Assembly: GCF_964204865.1 (NCBI RefSeq)
Contig: NC_135250.1
Location: 6,696,001 to 6,760,000, forward strand
DNA length: 64,000 bases
Reading direction: 5' to 3'
Source of the DNA: Styela clava
Taxonomy: Eukaryota
The notes under the pieces were generated by a model. The model saw only the letters and a list, made by a program, of their open reading frames with translations. It had not been told where the DNA came from and did no database searches. The translations under genes and the position numbers were made by a program. Shown here in pieces: positions 24,786-35,410 of the stretch. Positions within the stretch are counted from its first letter, which is position 1. Each line of letters opens with the position of its first letter.

Positions 24786-25417
24786 ATACAGACGTAGAAT
24801 ACGTCGATTGTCATTCCGGAGAACTCACTTATCGCTCATTGTAAATATTCTGTAATTATATAACTAAAATCATGCTGAGAATTGATGATATATATATATA
24901 CAGATATACTAAATTCAAAACTTTGGAAATTTATTTACCTGCATTGAGAGCATAAAATGTTTAGTAATATCAGTGTATACTGTATTTGAAACATACTGCA
25001 AAGGAGAGATCGCCTGAGTATAACCAAGTAGGGCTAAATACAAGTGATTAATCCTCGACCTCGACCACACAAAATTTGTCCGAATGAAAGTTTTTAATAT
25101 TGTTGGCTATCAAACTGATACTGGCGACATGTACCGTACGTTTTTGCCCACGTACATTTGCTTATACAACTTTGCACCAATGAACGTTAACACCCACAGA
25201 CAGTTGCATCCATGTTTGTTTTAATCTAATGTACATTAGCACACAGGGGAATTGGTGCCAACGGTAATTTGCGTCGTATTAAATACATAAGCGGGCTGGC
25301 ATTTTTTCAAACTGGATTTATTGAAACAATGGACAAAATGGCCACCAAGGCGCTGGCGAAATTAAACTTTTGACCAAGTTAATAAAATTAACAAGTTGAA
25401 ATTTTATTCTTTTATAT

Positions 25418-25446
25418 AAGGCTGCTATGGAGGATATGGTTTATAG
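25418..25446 (+). pseudogene. Collapsed SDR remnant (copy 6; 5' end fused to 3' end)
   Basis: AAGGCTGCTATGG|AGGATATGGTTTATAG followed by an SDR-type 3' flank. Same junction as 33851-33900. Confidence 0.65.
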
Positions 25447-26097
25447 TTTACAGGGGGTGATATATATGCTGATTGTCATTCCAAATAACTCACTAATTGC
25501 GTATTATATTCAAAACTTTGGAAATTTGTTTACCAAAATTGAGACTTTATATATTGAGACTTTTACATACTGGTAGTTGCACCGTAACTATCACAATTAA
25601 ATGCATAGCTTTCGAGTTACATGATTGCACATGACAAACTGGTTGGAAAAGGAATATTGAATGAACCTAGATAAAAGATAATCAGCTTGGCCTGGAGAAA
25701 AGCTTGTTTATGAATGTTCATCGATCGGAGGCAAAGGGCATCGTGGTCTTCTCAACTGACGCAAAATATCATAATATGGATCTAAATATAAACCCCTCAA
25801 GCTAGGCTGATCTAAAGAAATGGAATTTTGTCAAAGACACGAATATTCGAATATTCTATTCAGCTCTCTTTGGTTTTGTTTAGGCAATCCACGCACCTTT
25901 CAGTTTTTTTTTTAAATATATATACATTTACTTCACTCAAGTATATATTTTATTATCCCAATGTCCGTGAATAAATTTATGACGTTTTGAATTTAGTATA
26001 TTATATTTATTCACAAGAAGTAGGCTATATAGTCCGGTAATTGCAGGAATGTAGGATATCGAAAATGAGTGTTTTGCACGTTCAATCTTCGTATAAA

Positions 26098-26865
26098 TTA
26101 TGCACCTCCATTGATTTCGAGGCATGCCCCATTTACGAACGAACTTTCATCGCAGGCCAGGAACAAAATACATCTCGCTACTTCCTCGGGTTTTGCCATT
26201 CTTTTCATCGGTATCTTATCCATAATCGGTTGTAGAAAATCTCTGGAAAATCGCTGTATCATTGGTGTTAAAGTCGGGCCAGGTAACACTGCATTGCAAC
26301 GAACTTTATGTTTTTCATATTCCAAAGCCATTGTTTTAGTCATTCCAACGACCCCAATTTTTGAAGCAGTGTAACTTGTCTGTTCTGCTACGCATTTTGT
26401 GGCAAGAATGCTAGATATATTCACCACCGTTCCTCGGGTGTCATTAGAATTAGTCCTAAAACTTTTCAGTGACAACAAAAATTGCTTGCACATTATGAAA
26501 GTTCCTTTCAAATTAACTCGAATAGCGTCGTTGAAGACAGTTTCTTCCGTCTGGTCAAAAGAAAATGGAGCGATTGCAATCCCTGCACAGTTAACGAGCA
26601 CTGTAATTTTTTTTCCAAGTTTTTCTTCGGCAGTCTTGAAGGCCTCTTTTGCTTGATCGGAAGAGCTTACATCCGCCTTGATTGTGCAATGTACATTGCC
26701 ATGGTTCGTATCAAGTAGTTTCAATGTTTCATCCATCCCGTCTTGATTTAGATCCAAAATTGCAACACTGCAACCTTCTCTAGCAAATAATTCCGAAACC
26801 GATCGCCCAATCCCGCTTCCTCCTCCAGTTACAACAGCAGCCTTCCCGGATAATCTGAGCGACAT
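26098..26865 (-). CDS. HSD17B8: HSD17B8-like SDR, copy 7, 255 aa
   Basis: Intact ORF with TGGGSGIG, NCAG, NISS, YTASK, ending EINGGA. Confidence 0.88.
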   Translation of the reverse strand: MSLRLSGKAAVVTGGGSGIGRSVSELFAREGCSVAILDLNQDGMDETLKLLDTNHGNVHCTIKADVSSSDQAKEAFKTAEEKLGKKITVLVNCAGIAIAPFSFDQTEETVFNDAIRVNLKGTFIMCKQFLLSLKSFRTNSNDTRGTVVNISSILATKCVAEQTSYTASKIGVVGMTKTMALEYEKHKVRCNAVLPGPTLTPMIQRFSRDFLQPIMDKIPMKRMAKPEEVARCILFLACDESSFVNGACLEINGGA

Positions 26866-28906
26866 TGTACTTATTCGTTTTATTCAAAATCTGATAAAAA
26901 AAACATTCGCATTATAAATTTTCAGCTTCGCGCAGATTTTTTCTATAATTTCTATTTTTTCTATTTTTTCTATAATTTTCTATTCTCTTCTTCAGGTCTA
27001 ACTTTATTTATCGTTTTAATGAAACTTTAAGTTATTATCCTATCCGTTGTGTGTAGTTCGTAAGGCCGCTCACGTAGCAAAACGTGCTTTACATTCTAAT
27101 AATCATAAGCGCAAATAAACTATCTTAACATCGTCTCTATCGTTGACCACAATTCGCCCTTCAGGTATTTGGTGTGTAGAAAAAACACGACCAAGTAACA
27201 TAGCACAATATATTATAATATATATAAACAATCAAACGCCATGGCACAAAAAACGTATGTAATAAATCTCATACTTCGGTAACCATTTTGTACATTTTTC
27301 AAAAAATCAAACATCAAGTTACAAAACAGTACACGTATTTGTGCCTGGCAGAGAGAATGAAGCTAAAATGCACAAGAAATTGAAACAACAATGATGAACA
27401 AATATAAATCGTACCGACGGGTGATATATATGTATTGTGTTCTGTTCAGAATTTTGGAAGTACCCAGGTGCACGTCCTGTCAAACATGGAAATTTGCATG
27501 AGAATTACGGGTCGCTATACAACACCCACATAAATATTTTTCAGAAGAAACAATCGCTGGGCAAGTTCCGTGGCTCCGTTCAAGCAAATTGGTGATGTCG
27601 GTTGCCCGGATTTATTTGCGTCATAAAAACCGTTTATTTTGCGAGGAACGATTTAATTTACATCTGAACTTCTCTCGGTGATTTCCGCAGTGACGCGATA
27701 ATTTTGAAATGTGATTTTTATTTATAATGTTTTATACATGTTATTTATAATGATTATAATTTCAAATGTTTATAGACTTACAAATTTCTATCGTGTGAAC
27801 ACACTACAATTCATTTCAACGTATTTAATATTATTGCGGCCTGTCTTGCAATTACGGTAACTATATTTTCTTATATAAACTTGGCACACACTAGTAGTGA
27901 CAATCAAATAGCAAATCAAATTTCCGAACCGCTTTAACTGAAAATAACAGTACATATTTTTCAAGTGCTACCAAATTTTATTTATATTCTATTCGTTATT
28001 CTCGTTATGTAGACATTGCGATATCAATGAGGCAGAGATACATACCAAGAATTTTGAACTTCGTAAAAGCATCAATCTTTGTGAATGAAAAAGCTGCGAT
28101 CTATTTCTATTTGTCGCTGGTATATTTAAACGTTGGACTTGGAATCGAAAGATGCGCAACAAGTAATCGTAGGATATATAATGTAAAATATCATTTTCAA
28201 AATCATCACTCTTTCGGTAAAATGAGTGGATAATGAAGTTTTCTGATTATTTTAATAAATACATTCCCAATCTGAAATTCTAGACTAGACACAACAGCAA
28301 TGAATCTCATTTCTTAGTACACCCGCTTTCAACAAGTGGGACATGGGCCACAACAATTTTTCAAGAGCGCCCCATAAAAATGTCTAGCGTTATCGAAAAA
28401 TTTAGCTTTACTTGTGTCACTATACTCAAATTTTGATTATAGTAGCAATGAATGATGCTACTGGTTTCATTCTACTCATTAAAGTGAAAGTGCTCATTTT
28501 TGAGAAAAAGTTATCTACTTGCATACTAAAGTAAATGGGCCAAAGAATTTTTCCACAACAAAAATTATCCAAGTGAGAAAAAAGGTTGAGTACCACTGTC
28601 TTAGTAGAATCAGTACTATCTTTACCGGTAGTCTACATCGGCTGCTATATTAGTTTACATTGAACTTGCATATTAGTTCCTGCGAGAAACTCTCAACTTT
28701 GCAAAAGATTGTTATCTCCTACCTCAAGAATTCAGTCCTAATTAAATCAACGGAGCGTGTATGACCAAGTTGCTGGCAATGTTTGCACACAGATTAGTTC
28801 ACATATTTACAGAAGTTTGCATCCGTCTCATCGAAATTTTGCACAGGAAACCACAAGTCTAAAAAGGCGCGGATCTTGGATCAAGCTTGACAAATCCAAC
28901 CGTAGG

Positions 28907-31090
28907 TAGGCTTGCACGTAATTGACAAAAATCAATTCCGTAATTACGGCAAAATCAATTACGTAATGACCCCGTAATTGCGATATTTTTCCACGCATTT
29001 AAACCTATCATAACAACCAATTGAATCCACTTCTTTTCCGAATGGGACATTGAAGTTGGGTTTTCATATTCTTGGCAGTACTACACGCCGTCGGCAGATG
29101 TTAAAGACAAATATCAAGGAGTGAATTCAAATTAATTTTATTCTGATTTTTATCTTTTGTTTTAGCTTTGGTTTTACTTTATCACCTTCGCAAATTAACC
29201 GTCCCATTTTTATGCGATCAATTTTATTTTATCATTACCGACACTGGTATACGGATATTTATGGAAACGATAGTTTTTTAAAACCACCTTAGTACTGAAT
29301 AAAAATTACGGGTTTCTAATTTATTAACCAACGACGAGCGTATTCTCTCGTTTGATTATACTTGCGATTTCCTCGCGACGAAGACTTGTTTTTGCAGCGT
29401 CTTCTGCATTATCCGACATTACTGCCTTGTTAGCATTTTATAATAATAATTATTGATGTCGACTTATTGACGATATTCCGATTACCATGCTTCATTTTAC
29501 ATTTAATCATTTCTGAACTGTTTATAACATTATTTGCGATAAATTTAGACCAAATATTATTTATTTGAGTATAATTTAAATATCGAACTTATATGATATG
29601 CCTTCTCCGAAAATACAAAAGTTATATCGCAAAACAATGCATTTTGGGACATTTATTTTACACTCACGACATTTATTTGCTAACTCAAGTCGGCGATCCT
29701 ATCGGCCAAGATTGACACAAGTTTGGTCGAGTGCCGGTGGTATTCAAGTCGACGATAAATCAAAATAAGTTGCCGCATTTGGTAAGACAGTTAATCATAT
29801 ATGGCCGAAATATTGAGAGGAATTGTGAAAAACATCAAGATCAAGGCCAAGTCCGGACTGATATATAACGATAAAACCGTTAACAGAACATCAAGATTTT
29901 GTAATAGAAAATGGATCTCGCACAGAATAAACACACTGGCTCATATTTGATTATATATGATAGCAGTTAAATTTTTAGCGGTCCGCGAGGAATCCGTCGT
30001 TTTGCTGTTTCTCTGCCGTCTCAATCGCTTTACCGATGCCGAGAAGACGAAGTTGCGTTGGTTCATTACGCAATCTCTCTTTTGTCGTCATATAGCTATC
30101 TGATAAGCGCGACATTAATTATCATGGCGAGGTATTGGCGCGAGTGATCAATCGCTCTTTTCGCTTATTCGGTTCCAATTCGTCGCGAAAGCTCTTCGTT
30201 AAATTTCACAAGATCGTCGTGTTGAAAGGTTATGGATATTTTCCTGTTTATACCCCAAGCCTGAAATAAAACAGCCAAAAACAGTATGATATTCCATGTT
30301 CATATATCAAGTGTTGATATTAACAATAAAGAATGGTTAAGCATTGCTAATCCACACTTGGTGGGGAATTCCCACTATTTAAACGCGTGACTATAAAATA
30401 GAATAAAATAGAAACGGAACATATATACCATAAGTAACGGAAAACTGGAACAAGTAAATAATAAATAAAAGTAAAATGGATACAAATGTTTGATAGACCA
30501 TGTTTGAAAGATTGATCTCCTGCGTTCATTAGTCATTTCACCCGAAGAAGTTGAAACCGGGCGTGTTAGCGTCCATCGGTCTTAACACAATTCTTCCCCC
30601 TATCTACGGTTATTATGTACATTGGCAATGGCCATGCTAGATAAGATGCGAGAGAAGTTGAAACCAGGTGTGATGGCGTCAATCGGTCTCAACGCAATTC
30701 TATCCCTTATCTACGGTTAAGTTACGGGAGAAGTTAAAACCAGGTGTGTTGGCGTCAAACGGCCCTACTCAATTCTTCTCCCTTAACTACGTTAATAATT
30801 TACATTGGCCCTGCCAGAAAAGTTGATAATAGGTTAGTAAAGGGCAACGCGTCATGCCTTCTTTCACCTACATAACAAGAGAGAGAAAAGTAGGAAGAAC
30901 GACTGCGAATACCGGAACTCTAACTTCTTCTACTTGTTGAGCTTTCATTTTTCGCAATCGACGAAATTGACTGCTTTGAAGAAAGCTCGTTTCAATGCAA
31001 TAATTACGACTTTACGTAATTCGTAACTTCCCTTCCGTAACTCCAAATAATTACGTAATTCCGTAAATCTGTAAATTACGTGCAAGCCTA
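28907..31090. mobile_element. ~2.2-kb non-autonomous hAT-like transposon
   Basis: TIR TAGGCTTGCACGTAATT/AATTACGTGCAAGCCTA. TSD CCGTAG-G / CCGTAGAG. Subterminal TTACG/CGTAA repeats. The paralogous site at ~36505 is empty. Confidence 0.8.
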
Positions 31091-31365
31091 CCGTAGAGGT
31101 GTTAGTCTTTCCCAGTACAAACAAGGGAGCTATGCTAGACGTGAAAATCGCGCATCTGTCGCATCTGTCCTGGTCAAGTGGCGGCCATGACAAGAAATGT
31201 TTGAATCGGGTCCAGTCTGTCCTTATTTTCTTTGTACCCTGGAATCAAATATGAGTTTAGCAATCAAAAAATTATGTCATTCGGGTTCATCAACATCTCT
31301 ATGTATGTACAAATCATAATCCGTTCGGATATTGGGTTCAAATTGGTGTTATTTTTGGAGTTTTA

Positions 31366-31466
31366 GAAGTATGTGCACCAAGATGGCGCACAACCTGAAC
31401 ATAGTAAGTGTATCAGGTTTAGGTTCAGGTTGTGTGCCATCTTGGTGCACATACTTCGGGAGCGCC
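31366..31466. mobile_element. Small palindromic MITE
   Basis: GAAGTATGTGCACCAAGATGGCGCACAACCTGAAC is inverted to GTTCAGGTTGTGTGCCATCTTGGTGCACATACTTC. Confidence 0.65.
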
Positions 31467-32972
31467 TTATTTTTAACGAATTTGGCATGAGTAGAGAAAA
31501 TCCGAATATGAAGTGAAATGGCTGTAAGCGTGGCAAGAAAAATCGGCATCCAGAAGTATTTGTACCAATATGGAGGTAACAAATTTTGTTCGCCTATTTT
31601 ACATCAAGTTGTGTGAATGGACTGAAACCTATGGGCAGGGGATATATTTACTTGGCTAACACAGACAATCCCCGAATTCGTAATAAAACTAAAATAGGGA
31701 AAATCGGAATAAAATTATGGCCTAACCCTAACTACGGGAGTACCGAAAAATCTCCATTGCAATTTCATTTCCTTGGACTTGTGTAAAAAAGATCCTCAAT
31801 TCTCCTTTTGAATTTATGAATTTCACATCGGCTTGCTACCTTACCTAATTTTTTTCTCCAGGTCTAATTTTATTCATCGTTTCCTCGAAACTTGGAATTG
31901 TGATCATAATCTTGCGTGTAGATCAGGGTCGTCCAACCTTTTTGGCCGAAGGGCCACATGTATTTTACTAATAATTGCGCGGGCCACTTAACATGGCAGT
32001 TGTGTTCTAGTTTTGCCCCATTGACTACAGGTTAATGAAAAACCAAAAAATACCCTCACACTAAACTTTCACAATTATTAGAACAAGAAAACTGTTGTTT
32101 CCCGACCATTGATGAGGCGCCATCAGTGGTTATTCCCCAAAGTTTGGCCAAAGAAAAGCCATGCCGCTTTATCGTTTTCATCACAGCTTTCAACAAATCA
32201 ATGCCCATAGTTGTACCCTTAATTGGGACAGTGGCTGTGAGCTCTTCGGTAATTTCAAATCATCATAAACTACCCGCAAGAAGATCGCCAAGTCGCCAAC
32301 TGAGCTACGAGATAGCGATCAGAGACCGCCGACTGTTTAATAATGTGAATGTACGTATGTATATAGAATTTGAAACATACTGCAAAGGAGGGATCGCCTA
32401 AGCATAACCAAATAGAGCTAAGTAAAAGAGATTAATCTTCAACCATTCAATTTGTTCGAATTAAAGTTTCAATAATGTTGGCTATTAAACTAGCGACATG
32501 GTCCCGTGCCTTTTACCCGAAGTGTATTTGCTTATTCAACTTTGCACCAATGAACGTTAACACCCACAGACAGTTGCATCCATGTTTGATTTAATCTAAT
32601 GTACATTTGCACACAGTGGCATTGGTGCCAACGGTAATTTGCGTCGTATTAAATTCATAAGCGGGCTGGCATTTTTAAAAATTGTTACGGCGTGAAGTAT
32701 CTGATCCCGATATAGCATTGTGACTTGCGAGGTATTCTGTGCAGCATGATTAAGAAATCTGACCACCACGCATTAGTCTAAATACGGTATTGAAACTGAA
32801 TTATAGTGAAATGAATTGTGCTTTGCCCAAAGGCGGGAACTTTTGAGTCTATACGCTTTCAGATTGTATTTAGCTGTTGTACAGTCCACGCGTCCAAGGA
32901 TATGATCACAATTCAGAGTTTCGGGGAAACGATGAATAAGATTAGACCTGAAGAAAAAATGTATATATATAT

Positions 32973-33005
<33 letters not shown>

Positions 33006-33091
33006 TAACAAACCGATGTGATGTTTATAAATTTAAAATGAGGATCGTTTCTTGCAGATTTCAATTTAAACGAATAAGATATTTTTGTACA

Positions 33092-33718
33092 ATGTCGCTC
33101 AGATTATCCGGGAAAGCTGCTATTGTCACTGGAGGGGGAAGTGGGATTGGGCAATCGGTTTCTGAATCATTTGCTAGAGAAGGTTGCAGTGTTGCAGTTT
33201 TGGATCTAAATCAAGACGGGATGGATGAAACATTGAAACTACTTGATACGAACCATGACAATGTACATTGCACAATCAAGACGGATATAATCTCTTCCGA
33301 TCAAGCAAAAGAGGCCTTCAAGACTGCCGAAGAAAAACTTGGAAAAAAAATTACCGTGCTTGTTAACTGTGCAGGAATTGTAACCACTCCATTTTCTTTT
33401 GACCAGATGGGGGAAACTGCCTTCGACGACGTTATTCGATTTAATTTGAAAGGAACTTTCATAATGGGCAAGCAATTTTTGTTATCACTGGCAAACTTTA
33501 ATACTAATTCTAATGACACCCGAGCAACCGTGGTAAATATATCGAGCCTTAATGGCGTAAAATGCGTAGCAGAAGCGTCCAGTTATGCTGCATCTAAATT
33601 TGGGGTCGTTGGCATGACCAAAACCTTGGCTTTGGAATACGAAAAACATAAAGTTCGATGCAATGCAGTGTTACCTGGCCTAACTAAAACGCCACTACTA
33701 AAGTCAATTCCTTCATGA
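33092..33718 (+). pseudogene. 3'-truncated SDR, copy 8 (near-identical to copy 4)
   Basis: Follows copy 4 to ...LLKSIP, then a junction with upstream-type sequence creates a stop. It lacks the last ~49 residues. Confidence 0.8.
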
Positions 33719-33850
33719 TTGCTATCCGTATATTTGCGTTTTCTCATATTTTCTGCACATCAAATGCCTGAAGGGCGAATTGCGAGCAGTAATCCAGAAG
33801 ACAAGATAATTCAGATCATTAATTTGCGCCGGTGTTTATTAACATGTACA

Positions 33851-33900
33851 ATGTCGCTCAGATTATCCGGAAAGGCTGCTATGGAGGATATGGTTTATAG
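33851..33900 (+). pseudogene. Collapsed SDR remnant (copy 9)
   Basis: ATGTCGCTCAGATTATCCGGAAAGGCTGCTATGG joined directly to AGGATATGGTTTATAG, so ~720 bp of ORF is deleted. Confidence 0.8.
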
Positions 33901-34642
33901 TTTACAGGGAGTGATATACTGATTGTCATTCCAAATAACGTACTAATCGCGTATTATATTCAAAACTTTGGAAATTTGTTTACCAACATTGAGAATTTAT
34001 ATTAAAAAAAAAACACTGCGGAAAGAAGGGCTACTTAAACAAAACCAAAGAGAGTGAAATATACTTTGTAGCAGGGTATTTAACTCGTCGCTGGTGTTAG
34101 GTTTTTACATACTGGTAGTTACATCGTATATATTTTAACAAGCACAATTATAGCTTTTGAGTTACATGATTGCACATGACAAACTGGTTGGACAAGGAAT
34201 ATTAAGAACCTAGATAAAAGATAATCAGCTTGGACTTGTGAAAAGCTTGTTTTAGATGTCCATCGATCGGAGGCAAAGGGCATCGGGGTCTTCTCAACTG
34301 ACGCAAAATATCATATTATGGATCTAAATATAAACCCCTCAAGCTAGGCTGATCTAAAGAAATGGAATTTTGTCAAAAACACGACTATTCATTCAAATAT
34401 TCTATTCAGCTCTCTTTGGTTTGTTTAGGCAATCCACGCACCTTTCATTTTTTTTTTCAAATATATTTACATTTACTTGACTCAAGTATATATTTTATTA
34501 TCACAATGTCCGTAAATAAATTTATGACGTATTCAATTTAGTATATTATATCTATTCACAAGAGGTAGGCTATATAGTCTGGTAATTGCAGGAATGTAGG
34601 ATATCGAAAATGAGTGTTTTACCCGTTCAATCTTCGTATAAA

Positions 34643-35410
34643 TTATGCACCTCCATTGATTTCGAGGCATGCTCCATTTACGAATGAACTTTCATCGCAG
34701 GCCAGGAACAAAATACATTTCGCTACTTCCTCGGGTTTTGCCATTCTTTTCATCGGTATCTTATCCACAATCGGTTGTACAAAATATCTGGAAAATTGCT
34801 GTATCATTGGTGTTAAAGTCGGGCCAGGTAACACTGCATTGCAACGAACTTTATGTTTTTCATATTCCAATGCCATTGTTTTTGTCATTCCAACGACCCC
34901 AATTTTTGAAGCAGCGTAACTCGTCTGTTCTGCTACGCATTTTGTGGCAAGAATGCTAGATATGTTCACCACCGTTCCTCGAGTGTCATTAGAATTAGTC
35001 CTAAAACTTTCCAGTGACAACAAAAATTGCTTGCACATTATGAAAGTCCCTTTCAAATTAACTCGAATAGCGTCGTCAAAGTTAGTTTCTTCCGTCTGGT
35101 CAAAAGAAAAATGAGCGATTGCAATCCCTGCACAGTTAACAAGCACGGTAATTTTTTTTCCAAGTTTTTCTTCGGCAGTCTTGAAGGCCTCCTTTGCTTG
35201 ATCGGAAGAGCTTACATCCGCCTTGATTGTGCAATGTACATTACCATGGTTCGTATCAAGAAGTTTTAATGTTTCATCCATCCCCTCCTGATTTAAATCC
35301 AAAATTGCAACACTGCAACCTTCTCTAGCAAATAATTCCGAAACCGATCGCCCAATCCCGCTTCCTCCTCCAGTTACAATAGCAGCCTTTCCGGATAATC
35401 TGAGCGACAT
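34643..35410 (-). CDS. HSD17B8: HSD17B8-like SDR, copy 10 (close duplicate of copy 7), 255 aa
   Basis: Intact ORF with TGGGSGIG, NCAG, NISS, YAASK. Confidence 0.87.
   Translation of the reverse strand: MSLRLSGKAAIVTGGGSGIGRSVSELFAREGCSVAILDLNQEGMDETLKLLDTNHGNVHCTIKADVSSSDQAKEAFKTAEEKLGKKITVLVNCAGIAIAHFSFDQTEETNFDDAIRVNLKGTFIMCKQFLLSLESFRTNSNDTRGTVVNISSILATKCVAEQTSYAASKIGVVGMTKTMALEYEKHKVRCNAVLPGPTLTPMIQQFSRYFVQPIVDKIPMKRMAKPEEVAKCILFLACDESSFVNGACLEINGGA

Noticed and set aside
30545-30795. CRISPR-like repeat-spacer array
   Set aside because: Eukaryotic context, long diverged units, irregular spacing and no cas genes.
33038-33091. N-terminal extension (possible targeting peptide) on SDR copy 8
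   Set aside because: The upstream ATG lies in the putative 5'UTR intron, is not in frame in the sister copy 4, and copy 8 is truncated.
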